A stretch of 62,514 nucleotides of DNA, the filler included, from Globobulimina sp. (Eukaryota), in the NCBI GenBank assembly GCA_003354225.1. It is 31 parts of 31 records of this genome, joined end to end, with 100 filler letters (N's around TTAATTAATTAA, not from the genome) between each part and the next. Parts side by side here need not be neighbours in the genome. Positions count along the whole stretch, not along the records: positions 36,370 to 38,288 come from PIVH01010592.1; positions 38,389 to 40,307 come from PIVH01010593.1; positions 40,408 to 42,326 come from PIVH01010594.1; positions 42,427 to 44,345 come from PIVH01010595.1; positions 44,446 to 46,364 come from PIVH01010596.1; positions 46,465 to 48,383 come from PIVH01010597.1; positions 48,484 to 50,402 come from PIVH01010598.1; 24 more parts are not named here. The stretch is one strand, 5' to 3'. This document shows, piece by piece, positions 37,609 through 48,659 of this stretch; the stretch's first letter is position 1, and each line of letters begins with the position of its first letter. The translations under genes and the position numbers were made by a program. The notes under the pieces were generated by a model. That model was not told where the DNA came from, did not search any database, and saw only the letters and a program-made list of their open reading frames with translations.

Positions 37609-38288
37609 ATGCCTAAATGTTGGTATCTACCAGGAAGTGGCGATGATGGGCAGTTAGAAAAACCACGCGAAGCCAACCATACATCGCAAAATAATGAAAT
37701 TAATAAAATATCATGGACTTCACTAGCAAAATTAAATATAAAATATTGGAATTTAGAAGTAGAAAATTACACAAAATTCAACACTTTTGCATTGATAAAA
37801 CAGCGTGAAAATCTTACAAATGAATGTAAAATGAGCTTAAATGAGGCAGAATATAACTTTTCCGAACATATGCATGACGCCGACGAAGCACGTTTTATAT
37901 TAAATGGCGAGATATATTACGATGTCTATGACAATAATAAGCAAATTATACGTATCCATTTACTTCCTGGTGATTTTATTATTATTCCAAAGTATCATTT
38001 TCATCGTACAATTTTACCCACAAATACTAAATCTGTAACCTTCATTCATTTGACACAAAATAATACAAATGAGGAAGAAAAAAATGAGAATAACACAGAT
38101 ACAAAGACTTATTTTATGGAAGACGTGCAAATAAATCCTAAACAATTTATAAGATTAATGATGGAATCAATGACAGCAACACCACCAAAACAAGTACAAC
38201 CGGCACAGAAAACATCTGTAAATGGTATTGGATATGTAATGGGCGGCAGAGCTAAAGCATTAGCATCATATCCACATTTAAGAGAGTT
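37609..38288 (+). CDS. Acireductone dioxygenase (ARD/ADI1)-like cupin fused to the start of a Rid (YjgF/2-aminomuconate deaminase-like) domain (3' partial)
   Basis: FSEHMHDADEARFILNGEIYYDV...IRIHLLPGDFIIIPKYHFHR carries the HxH..E..H metal ligands; the frame ends ...GGRAKALASYPHLRE. Confidence 0.75.
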
Positions 38289-38388
38289 NNNNNNNNNNNN
38301 NNNNNNNNNNNNNNNNNNNNNNNNNNNNNNNNTTAATTAATTAANNNNNNNNNNNNNNNNNNNNNNNNNNNNNNNNNNNNNNNNNNNN

Positions 38389-38813
38389 GTGTAATCATAA
38401 CTCTTGCAGCAACAGGAACAGAGACTAATGGTAATAGTGTTATTAGTAATAACGAGACCAACGAGAAGAGAGCAGTAGCTTATCCTTTTTCGATTCCTCA
38501 ATTTGCAATAATAGATCCTGAAAACATTCCTATAAACAAAGAAATTGCTTGCGTAATATATGATATTGATCAAATATTAAAAGAGTTGGAATCTTTACTG
38601 GATATTTTTGATACTAAATGGGTGAATATCAATACATGTAAACAATTTAAAAATATATTAAAATCATACAATCTGTTATCCATTGCCGATGATGATAATG
38701 ATATAGAAATGGAAAATAAAGATAATAACAATAATATACAACAGGATGATAATTCCGATGATATTTCTGATATAAAATGGATTGAAGATATTTGTGGATT
38801 CCATCATGACTAA
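38389..38813 (+). CDS. Iron-containing alcohol (butanol) dehydrogenase-like segment joined in frame to an unrelated acidic/Asn-rich tail
   Basis: VIITLAATGTETNGNSVISNNETNEKRAVAYPFSIPQFAIIDPE (38391-38522) matches the Fe-ADH TxAxTGSE...P..aiiDP motif; the metal-binding half is absent. Confidence 0.55.
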
Positions 38814-38925
38814 TGAGGTTTATTGCAATTATGTAACTTTTTGATTTGTTGACCTGTAGTACGTTTTACAGACCTTCTGAGAGTTTTTTTTTATAGATTT
38901 AATTTGCTGTTATCCTAAACTAACA

Positions 38926-38937
38926 ATCCTTGCACAC
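38926..38937 (+). promoter_or_regulatory. TATCCTYGCAC 3' motif (first base differs)
   Basis: ATCCTTGCACAC, 112 bp after the + strand stop at 38813. Confidence 0.5.
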
Positions 38938-39053
38938 AGAATTATACAAATAACGATGTTCTTTGCTCACTATAACCATTTTTACGATAAAGCAAAACCA
39001 CAATTTAACTCAATTATGTAAATCTAAATTATACAGTCTCTGCTATTTCACTA

Positions 39054-40307
39054 TCATAGGACAAACGCAGGTTGAATTGTCGAGACAAATGCTTTTTGAA
39101 ACTGTGAGCAACTAAATTTACGCGCACAATAGTTCCTCGCAGTTTGTCGCAACTTTAACCATCCATTTCCATTATCATAGTGATCAAACACTTTTTCAAA
39201 GCATTTGGCATATTGATCAACAGTCGTACATAAAAATCCTCTCTCACCCGACCACATTTTCCCTTCCACATCATTTTTATTGTTAATATTTGCAATAATA
39301 TCAGATAATGGACCGCCGGAACAATGACCAATTGTAACTAAACCAGCAATCATATATTCAACTAAACAAATGCCAAAATGTTCATCTTCCATGGTATGTA
39401 AACCAATAAACGATTCTTGAAATAAGGACAATAATTTATTCCATTCCAAATCCTCTTTAATCAATACATATTCTCGCAAGTTATATTTGCCAATCAATGT
39501 TCTCAATTTTGTCACCCTTTTCCGATCGGAGATATCTCGAACACCGCCAACCATAATTAACTTTACATCATTATATTTGGGCTTACATTTCTTTCGAAAT
39601 TGATAAAATGCCTCAATCTGCAATTTATGATTCTTTTCTGGTCGAAATTGTCCAACGGATAAAATTATTTTCTTCCTTTGTTCAAACTTAAATTTTTCTA
39701 AATATTCACTGTTACCACATGGCGGATATACTGTGCATAAAACGCTATTTCTCGAACGGTAAAATATAGATTGGATATGGTTATGTGTCCAGGTTGAATT
39801 TACCATGACAATGTTGGCAAAATATCCACAAAATCCATATAAAAACGCAAATAATTTATAATAATATAATTTCAATTGTTTCCCATAGCTATTTTGCGCA
39901 AATGTTGCGTTGTTATTATACATTATTTTGCCCTGAGTTACACGTTGGAACATATCATTTGATATCGTTGGGTAATGAGTATAACTAATCACTGTACATC
40001 CAAATACAATCCATGCCACTGGATAAGTAAATGCATATCCTTGCAAATTACACACATGATGACACATCATAATAATTGATATTATAAATTTAAAATATTT
40101 GAATCATACCTGTTGTATCGATGAAAATGTGAGCTGGGAATTTAAATAATCCTTCGCATGCAAGCAATATTGCTGACAATGACTGGAGTAATAATGTTGC
40201 AAATGGATGATATTTTGGCTGAATTATAAAGTGGGATTTGAGTGGGATGAGTTTCAAATATTTTTCATTTTCTTTCGATATTTTAATATTAAATCTTGAA
40301 TCTATTT
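39054..40307 (-). CDS. ALG11: GDP-Man:Man3GlcNAc2-PP-Dol alpha-1,2-mannosyltransferase (5' partial)
   Basis: TLLLQSL, IFIDTTG|YAFTYP across intron 40040-40109, YTHYPTISNDM, VNSTWT, VYPPC, GQFRPEKNH, EHFGI, HCSGGP. Confidence 0.95.
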
Positions 40308-40478
40308 NNNNNNNNNNNNNNNNNNNNNNNNNNNNNNNNNNNNNNNNNNNNTTAATTAATTAANNNNNNNNNNNNNNNNNNNNNNNNNNNNNNNNNNNNN
40401 NNNNNNNCCCCCCAAACTCCCCCCGTTGGCAGGTATGTACAGTATGGTAGGTAGTATGCACTGCACACACTGGCATAC

Positions 40479-40577
40479 CATATGACATACATTACAGTAG
40501 TATGCGCATGTGTGCATATACTGACACACCATATGACATGCAGTACAGTAGTATGCACATGTGTATGTGTACTGACT
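40479..40577. repeat. ~51-bp tandem repeat (about 2 copies), followed by a (AAATACCC/AAAACCC)n tract at ~40597-40672
   Basis: CATATGACATRCAKTACAGTAGTATGCRCATGTGT repeated. Confidence 0.6.
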
Positions 40578-40823
40578 AGAGTGGAAACAAATAGTAAAAA
40601 CCCAAATACCCAAAACCCAAACCCAAATATTTACCCCCCAAATACCCAAATACCCAAACCCAAAACCCAAATAGTGAAATTTCGTGGAAAAATGATGTTT
40701 TTCCAAAAAGTTTTGCCTATATCTCCATATAGCATTGTTTTGTAATGAAATATAATGCTATTTAACAGCCAGATATCCATTTCTGATTACACAGAGCTTC
40801 AAAAAAGTCAACTTAGGAAAACT

Positions 40824-41092
40824 CTAAGACTCATTCAATTGACCAATGGTCTAACTATAATTCCTTTTAGAATCATCCAATTGACCAATGGTCGAAGTAG
40901 GAAACCTCTAAGAACATTCAATTGACCATTGGTCTAAGTATAATTCCTCTAAGACTCATTCAATTGACCAATGGTCTAAGTATAATTCCTCTTAGACTCA
41001 TTCAATTGACCAATGGTCGAAGTAGGAAACCTCTAAGACTCATTCAATTGACCAAAGGTCTAAGTATAACTCATTCAATTGACCAATGGTCA
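40824..41092. repeat. ~42-bp minisatellite, ~7 copies, two unit variants
   Basis: ACTCATTCAATTGACCAATGGTC plus either TAAGTATAATTCCTCTAAG or GAAGTAGGAAACCTCTAAG. Confidence 0.9.
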
Positions 41093-42559
41093 ATGGTCCA
41101 AGTTCATTATCAAAACTTCATTGTTATTATTTAGATTCTCGAGTTTCCAAATGAACAAGGTTTCTTTCCATACCTTTACAAGGAACCAGGAGTCGGGAAA
41201 AAATATGACTTTGCAGAGAACCAGAAAAACAGAATAAAAATCATATAAAACCTTTGCAACCAGAAAAACAACAGAAGAAAGGCTAAGTTAAGTTGTCGAT
41301 ATATCTTAGTTAAACTATTTAATTACTTTTTTGGTATTGTATTCCACTTGAATTCTCTTTGTAAAGCTGTTAGACATAGAATTTTATTTTTAATTCAAGT
41401 TCGTTTTTGCGATCTGAGACTAAAATACAAATATTTTTATTTTGAGTTGTTTTATGCAATTTAGATAAGTTCATTTAATCAATCTAGAACTGCAATTCAT
41501 AGAATTTCATTGTTTTATGGTTTGCACAAAAGTCAAAAATACATATTAATAACTGTACATAGCTATTTTGTATGATTTTGTACTATAGCACTTCCTTAAA
41601 AACGTTTGTCAGAATGTAACATTAGCAGTTTTTAGCTGTTTTTGTACCATAACCTTTTTGTACCATAACATAAAAAGGAGTGTTTGAATGGGACATTAGC
41701 ATATTTTGTACGTTTAAGCCATTTACTCTACTGTGTTCTTTGTTGTAGAGATGCACATATCTCATTTTATATGATTGTATCTTTTTGTACTGTGTAAAAT
41801 GTACTGTTCAAACGACGCACATGCTGTTTTTCAACCTCTAAGCCCATTGAACGGTCATTGCACGAAAATACAACGTTCAATGCACTCTGTAGGGACGTGC
41901 AATGAAAACCCAAGTTCAAAGTAAGAGCTTAGTGCTTTTTGGATGATCGAAAAATCATCTTAAATTTTCTTAGAGGTTGAAAACTGGCCTATCGCTCATA
42001 TAAAACAAGTGTTTTTGGCAGTGGTGCAATGGTGCGATTGAAGAATTATTGAACGGTTTTCGTCATGTCACGAAATGTTAATAAAATTATATTCCTCTCA
42101 AAAAAACACACCAAAAAATGCGCAAAAATCCCCTTAAAAGGCCTTTTTCTGCCTTTTTTTATCTGTCATTGAAAAAAACACCGATATTTCACGTTTTTTG
42201 GTACCCATTGCACTGGGTGCCTGGGTGCCATTTAACTTCTCAGTCTGATTTGTGCACAGTGTTCCTTCCTGGGTGTATTGTTAGGATTTTCCCTCAACTG
42301 ACTAGCTATGCTATATCACTTTTGGANNNNNNNNNNNNNNNNNNNNNNNNNNNNNNNNNNNNNNNNNNNNTTAATTAATTAANNNNNNNNNNNNNNNNNN
42401 NNNNNNNNNNNNNNNNNNNNNNNNNNTGGCGCACCAGAGACTCGCCAATAACATGTTCGTTCTAAATAGAGATTGTATAATCGGGAGTTGCGCTTTTTCT
42501 TTGAATTGTTTGTGATAAGGTTTTTACACAGTTTACTAGTAAACCGGCTGTAACTGACC

Positions 42560-44215
42560 ATGTCACGTTTGGTGCGGTCACTTGTTGGTAAATCAAAGTC
42601 ATTTAATTATAATAACCATATTTTTAATCGATGGACATTAGATCAACCCTTGTTATCAATAACGGCTCTTCGAGCAAAATTTAATTCATTGTCACTTCAC
42701 TTACCTCTCATTGAGTTGCCATCAATTCAATTGCCATCAATTCAATTACCATTAATTAAACATGAAACAAAGCGCAAACAATATCAGGATAAAAACGAGT
42801 ATGAACACAAGAAAAACAAAGAAAACAAACAATGGTCATATATGAATATGGCGTATATGACATTGGGAGCTTACATAAGTATAGAAATATTATTTTATTT
42901 TCGATGTAAATATTTAGAATATTATGCAAATAATATATCAGTGGATATTGTACAACCAAATATATCACAGGAAAGATGTGTAAAATTATTGGATTTTGCG
43001 TTAAAATATGCTGGTTTATATGATGGCGGATATGAGGGATGGCTCAAATTATGGTTTAATGACTGCGATGTATTTAAAGATTTAAAATCTGAAAACATTT
43101 TAGAGTTATTTCATTGGGGGTTTTTTGTGGAAAATTATAAAAAATATGATGAGGCTGTCAATGATAATGAATTAAAATGGAGGGAAGAATTTGTAAGAAA
43201 TGGTTTACTCAAATTGCAAAATGAAATGAATTATACGTTTCCAGATGGATATAATGATCAAATCAATGATAAATTTGCCAATAAAAGACAAATTAACAGT
43301 GATTATCATTCATTTTTATTATATTTTACGATCACAATGGCTCAGATTTGGGGTGATTTATTATTAAAATATTATTTTGGATTTAAATATGAATGGAAAA
43401 ATGATATGAAAATTTGGTATAAAAACACTGAAAATAATAATGCGAATTCGTCCGAGCCTAAAAACGCTTTGTTGTTTTTGCATGGAATTGGTATCGGATT
43501 AGGTCCATATTTTTATTTCTTAAAAGAATTATTAAATAATAATAATAATAATAACATGAATACGTTTTATATGATTGAGATACCAGAAATTACAATGAAT
43601 ATATTACATTTATTACCGTGGCCATTGTCAAATTCATCCTATATTACAAATAAATTACCGTCACAGATTAGTGATTATGTTGACACATTTCATGAATTGG
43701 ATGCTAATAATAATTATAATTGGACAATAATGGGTCATTCATATGGTTCTATGATAGCGTCGAGTATGTATTTACAAATGGAAAATGAGGCAGAAACAAT
43801 TGAACCAAGATTAATATTAATAGATCCGGCATGTTTTTGCTTATCGCACCCATCCACAGTGAGCGCCTTTGTGACAAATATTGATGATATTATCTATAAC
43901 GATGAGTTTATGAATGGAAAAATAAATGCACGGAAACTATTTGCCAAAGAATTAATGATTTCATGCAATTTGCGTAAATATTTTCATTGGTATGATTTAG
44001 TTTTATATCCGGAACAATTAATTAATGATAATAATAATAAACATATTGTTATTACTTCTGAAAAGGACAACGTTCTTCCTTTGCAATTAATTAATAAAGG
44101 TATTAAAATTGTAAATAATAATGATTTGGAAATTATACATCACACAATTGATACTGGGCATGGCGAATGGATTTGGAATGAGAAATATATTAAAAAAATC
44201 ATCAGCACGTTGTAA
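42560..44215 (+). CDS. Membrane-associated alpha/beta hydrolase
   Basis: LFLHGIGIG, nucleophile motif GHSYG, LIDP, KDNVLP (Asp), TGHG (His). Confidence 0.85.
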   Translation: MSRLVRSLVGKSKSFNYNNHIFNRWTLDQPLLSITALRAKFNSLSLHLPLIELPSIQLPSIQLPLIKHETKRKQYQDKNEYEHKKNKENKQWSYMNMAYMTLGAYISIEILFYFRCKYLEYYANNISVDIVQPNISQERCVKLLDFALKYAGLYDGGYEGWLKLWFNDCDVFKDLKSENILELFHWGFFVENYKKYDEAVNDNELKWREEFVRNGLLKLQNEMNYTFPDGYNDQINDKFANKRQINSDYHSFLLYFTITMAQIWGDLLLKYYFGFKYEWKNDMKIWYKNTENNNANSSEPKNALLFLHGIGIGLGPYFYFLKELLNNNNNNNMNTFYMIEIPEITMNILHLLPWPLSNSSYITNKLPSQISDYVDTFHELDANNNYNWTIMGHSYGSMIASSMYLQMENEAETIEPRLILIDPACFCLSHPSTVSAFVTNIDDIIYNDEFMNGKINARKLFAKELMISCNLRKYFHWYDLVLYPEQLINDNNNKHIVITSEKDNVLPLQLINKGIKIVNNNDLEIIHHTIDTGHGEWIWNEKYIKKIISTL

Positions 44216-44266
44216 ATATATGTTTACTGTCTTTGTTGAATAATTGTATAGATTTTACTTTTAGAT

Positions 44267-44279
44267 TATCCTCGCACAC
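44267..44279 (+). promoter_or_regulatory. TATCCTYGCAC 3' motif
   Basis: TATCCTCGCACAC, 51 bp after the + strand stop at 44215. Confidence 0.55.
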
Positions 44280-44445
44280 CAAGGAGATGGTGATAACAAT
44301 ACATAGGATGTAAAAAGTCTAAAAAGTAATCCCTCCAAACCAAAGNNNNNNNNNNNNNNNNNNNNNNNNNNNNNNNNNNNNNNNNNNNNTTAATTAATTA
44401 ANNNNNNNNNNNNNNNNNNNNNNNNNNNNNNNNNNNNNNNNNNNN

Positions 44446-46364
44446 CGAATCACCACCAAATCACCCACACCATCACCAACCTATAAACCAACATATTCAC
44501 CAACATTTGCGACAACATCACCCACCAACACACCAACAAAGTCACCATCGACCTCGCCAAGCTATGGTGTGACCACTTTAATGCCGTCCACCTCTCCAAC
44601 AGTACCCACTGTAAACCCATCTGCAAATCCTTCCATATCACCAACACAAAGACCAACATATCCGGTTCCAATGGATGACACTTCATATCGCTGTATAAAT
44701 GATGGGGATATGCTAACTTGTGATGTGGACACATTTATTGATTCAGATGGTGAGGTTACAAGTTTACGACAAACCAAAGTCGCATTTGTATTTGAAGGCG
44801 GCGGCTTGTATCACAATGATAGCATTGTTAACTGTCCATATTCTAATAATATCTCTGTATATTATGATAAAAATGCGTATATTTCAGAGCATGAACCCGG
44901 ATATGATGTAAAATGGTGTTTCATTCAGAAATCACCCAAACCAGTTTCAAGCGTAAAATTCGAGATTGAAGCTCCATTTTCGTCGTTGATGACTACAGAT
45001 TGGTATCGGATCTCTTTGTGGCTGTATTATAATAATAAATGGAATCAGATATTAAATAAAAAAAATGAGGCATGGTATAATTATTCAATTTATGGATATG
45101 AAGGAAGTCAGAACAGAAATCATAACAAATCGTTAAATGTGGAAGAATCTGTGACCATTTATTTGTTATTTGGCACTGAAAAAGTGACACAATTCAAGAC
45201 CGATTGCGACGGCAAAGTGACATCCGGCGAACTGATATTTGATTCAAATTTTGATATTTATTCAGAGTCGGCGCAGAAACGATGGCTTCAACTCTGCCAC
45301 CAATTAAATGCTATAAATGATAATGTTATGTATCGCAAAGATGCAGATCAAGCCTTATGTTTTGCCTTTGCATTCAATGAATATTTAAGAAATTCGTCGT
45401 ATGGACCAAAAGCAAACATGCCTTCCAATTATTCGTTAAATCGTCAATTGTTTAATAAATATTTGGCGCAATTTACGTCGCAGCCGACCTCGCTCTCCTT
45501 TTCTGACCAAATGCCTTCATTCGATCCACGAACATTGCAATCTTGGTTTGGTACCGCCACAAATCGCAAATGGAGCAATAATGCGAGCATTGCCTGGCTG
45601 CAACAAAGCATTCACACACAAATCAATAAAGAATGGAGCGGTCCGCGGCTCTACGAATATTATCTGAAATGGGATGGATTTGTGGCTCGTTTCAATGCGC
45701 AGTCTCCAGCACAATTTAAGTGCATTCAGACGTCGTCGAGTTACATTCGAATGGAGGTAGAGGTGGCATTTATTGATGGATTCATAAAATCTGTGGCGTA
45801 TACAATGATATTATGTGCCTTTGTGATGGTATTTTTTACGCAGAATTTGTGCTTAGTTTTGTTGGTTTGTTTATATATTTTAATTATTTGTATTTGGGTA
45901 ATTGGGGTTTTTGCGACATTTTCGTGGTCATTTGGCATAATTGAAATTATTTCGGTGCCGACCATTGTTGGTTTAGCCATCGATTTTGCTTTGCATATAA
46001 CGCACGCATTCATCCATTCCCCTTTTCCGGATCGACTGAGACGATCTCAGTCTGCCGTCAATGACTTAGGTTCGTCCGTATTCGCTGCGGCCATCACCAC
46101 CATCTCTGCCATGTTTATACTATATTTCGCCACAATTATTATTTTCAGCGATTTGGGCTTCGTCGTCGCCTCAACCACCACTTTTGCCCTTTTTTTAGCA
46201 TTATTCATATGTCCATCATGTTTAATGTACGTCGGACCGCAATACGACCAATGTCACATTGTGTGGTTTCTGCATCTTTGCTGCGCAAAATATGAAAATA
46301 TAAATGGATTTACATGCGGCGGACACACTTTTTGCGGCAATCGGTGGAACAAAAAAAAGAAAAA
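44446..46364 (+). CDS. Dispatched/Patched-like RND (sterol-sensing family) transporter, C-terminal half with P/T stalk (partial)
   Basis: TM8-12 block with IVGLAIDFALHI (GxxxD), GSSVFAAAITT, IFSDLG; frame open from the contig edge through PTxxP repeats. Confidence 0.85.
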
Positions 46365-46468
46365 NNNNNNNNNNNNNNNNNNNNNNNNNNNNNNNNNNNN
46401 NNNNNNNNTTAATTAATTAANNNNNNNNNNNNNNNNNNNNNNNNNNNNNNNNNNNNNNNNNNNNGCAA

Positions 46469-47359
46469 CTATAGGGTTGACCTGTCAACAGTGTTTGATA
46501 AGAACGATCTTACGCGTTGTAGCGCGTCGACGGACTCGGGACCACCTATCTTGGCAAATCCGTGAAAGCCGTGAATCATCGCAGATACGATGTCCAGTTC
46601 AACGTTCACGCCCTGTCTTAGTGCCTTGGAGGCGATGACCTTCGCGTGCGCGGATGTGGGATCAATTTCACCCGCTTGAAGAAGCAGTGGAGGTAGACCA
46701 GTAAAATCACCATAGACGGGTGATACTAGAGGGTTTTGCAAACGGTCTTTTCCGGCGTAATCAATGCCTCGCTGATGACTGTATGCTTGATGATACAATG
46801 GATCTTTCGCTTCGTTTTTTTCAGACAAATCAAACCAACCGCACAGACTAACACCGCAACCAGGTAAGTCAACATTATCATCGCGAAGCTTTAACAATGA
46901 AGCAATCACAAGACCACCACCGCAGGAGTCACCAATAAAGCCGATTGACTTTGCCGAATAACCTTCAGCAAGTAAGCCTATATAAGCATTGCAACAATCC
47001 TCCAGCGCCGCTGGAAAACGATGCTCGGGTAACAGCCGGTAGTCGACCATAATGACCCGTGCATCCAACAATTGCGACAACATTTCCCCATAAAATAAAA
47101 AGCCGTCGCCACCGGCGGCGATAAAGGCGCCGCCACGAAAGTACAATAGTGTTCGCGTTGTATCTTCTGCTATGTTAGCAGCCCGCAGTACAGCACAGCG
47201 TACGCCATTAAAAGGCTGCCAACTTAGTTCAGTGTCGTCCTTGATAGGATGGCCGTGTACGGCCTCCATTTTGTCCGTCGCCGTCTCAAGATCATCCTCT
47301 GGCAGCGTCAGTTGGCCGTCCAACAACGAGACAATATCCTGATAGAGTTGACTGGGCAT
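46469..47359 (-). CDS. Bacterial-type HSL-family esterase/lipase (Abhydrolase_3)
   Basis: YFRGGAF, VDYRLLPEHRFPAALED, GDSCGG, SPVYGDFTGLPPLLLQAG, MIHGF; no introns, visibly higher GC; probable start MPSQ at 47359 (alternative 47404). Confidence 0.88.
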   Translation of the reverse strand: MPSQLYQDIVSLLDGQLTLPEDDLETATDKMEAVHGHPIKDDTELSWQPFNGVRCAVLRAANIAEDTTRTLLYFRGGAFIAAGGDGFLFYGEMLSQLLDARVIMVDYRLLPEHRFPAALEDCCNAYIGLLAEGYSAKSIGFIGDSCGGGLVIASLLKLRDDNVDLPGCGVSLCGWFDLSEKNEAKDPLYHQAYSHQRGIDYAGKDRLQNPLVSPVYGDFTGLPPLLLQAGEIDPTSAHAKVIASKALRQGVNVELDIVSAMIHGFHGFAKIGGPESVDALQRVRSFLSNTVDRSTL

Positions 47360-47700
47360 TGGCTTCTCTGCGTGACGGTTTAATGATTTACAGTTCGTCG
47401 GCATAGGTGTTTTGAAGCCTTAAAAGGCCATTTTCAGGGGCAAAATTGACCCTGTAAGAAACAGCTGGCTCAGGAAACTCGTAGCTTTTGTTGCTTCCAA
47501 TAATCTTCCGGCCTTTCGCCTTAATCTCGAGCCTTTTATTGTAGCCTCAATAAATGATTTGTTCAAAACTGTGGCACCTATGCTTGACTTAACAATATTA
47601 ATCTGTGTCATGTAACTCATGGAAATAAAAACAAAATGATTGCTAATAAAATATTTTCCAAATAATCAACAATTTATTAGCGAATTATCAATTACCATAA

Positions 47701-47961
47701 GTGTCACAATATCCCTTATTTGGCAATAAATATCAGGAAAAATATAACCTTGGCAGCATTATAAAATTTCTGGCCAGAGAAAAATCTGACTTGGAAAAGC
47801 AGATTAAATATTTTCTTTTATGGATTAACAAGCTTCTGTCTTATTATCAAAAAGACCTTAAATCAGTCAATTATAAAAACATAAAAGACTTTCTGGCACT
47901 CTTGAATATGAAAATAATGAGGGATAGCAGCTTCGGTAAGCTTTTTTTCCACATCAGTTAA
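47701..47961 (+). pseudogene. Possible integrase N-terminal (SAM-like) remnant
   Basis: KFLAREK..LEKQIKYFLLWINKLLSY...IKDFLALL resembles the Y..W...F.......I..FL..L pattern of tyrosine recombinase N-domains; no catalytic domain. Confidence 0.3.
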
Positions 47962-48659
47962 ACATATCACAAACTGTTAATTAAAAACCTGATTTTAATA
48001 TTTCAGCTGATCTGTATCGACGTACTTCGATATCCACTTGCAGGTATTATGTTATAATCTTGAATATTCAGGTAGTTAAAAAGCCTGAGATACGGTTATC
48101 TGATCTGAGGTTTTGTCCAACCTGTACTATATTAAAGTAATCTGGTGGCGAGTCGTTCAGTGTGCCATCTGTGATTAAACGATCAATCCCAAGGCCGCTT
48201 TTTTTAATTTTTTTGCGGGTGGTATTCGCAAATACTACCACAGTGCCATCGCTACCAGTATAAAAATTAGAAACAATGCTATTACAGGATAAAGAAAAAT
48301 ACTGATAATTAATAAAGAAAAGCCGGCCAACAGAAAAAACATTCCTATGCTCATCGAACGTGTTCTCGCATTGAGCCGATCTTNNNNNNNNNNNNNNNNN
48401 NNNNNNNNNNNNNNNNNNNNNNNNNNNTTAATTAATTAANNNNNNNNNNNNNNNNNNNNNNNNNNNNNNNNNNNNNNNNNNNNTTTCATGCATGGTTTCA
48501 ACTTTTTTTATTGTTTTCTTTCTGTTTTCAACTTACTTTTAATGTTTTTTTCTTGTATATATATATATATATATATATATTCATAGCGCGTGATTCATTG
48601 AATTTAGAGTATACAAAAACTTTAAGTCGGAACTTTCATAAACTTTCGAAGCAAAGATC

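Noticed and set aside
14826-38517. GATC at apparent junctions (14826, 32014, 38514) as restriction-ligation chimeras
   Set aside because: GATC is common and the clearest junction (60396) lacks it; not supportable without reads.
40036-40046. Further copy of the TATCCTYGCAC motif
   Set aside because: Only a 10/11 match that spans the ALG11 splice acceptor; likely coincidental and not counted.
40597-40672. Telomeric repeat (AAAACCC-like)
   Set aside because: Irregular units, internal position, short.
40824-41092. CRISPR array
   Set aside because: The inter-repeat segments are short and recur as two variants rather than unique spacers; no cas genes.
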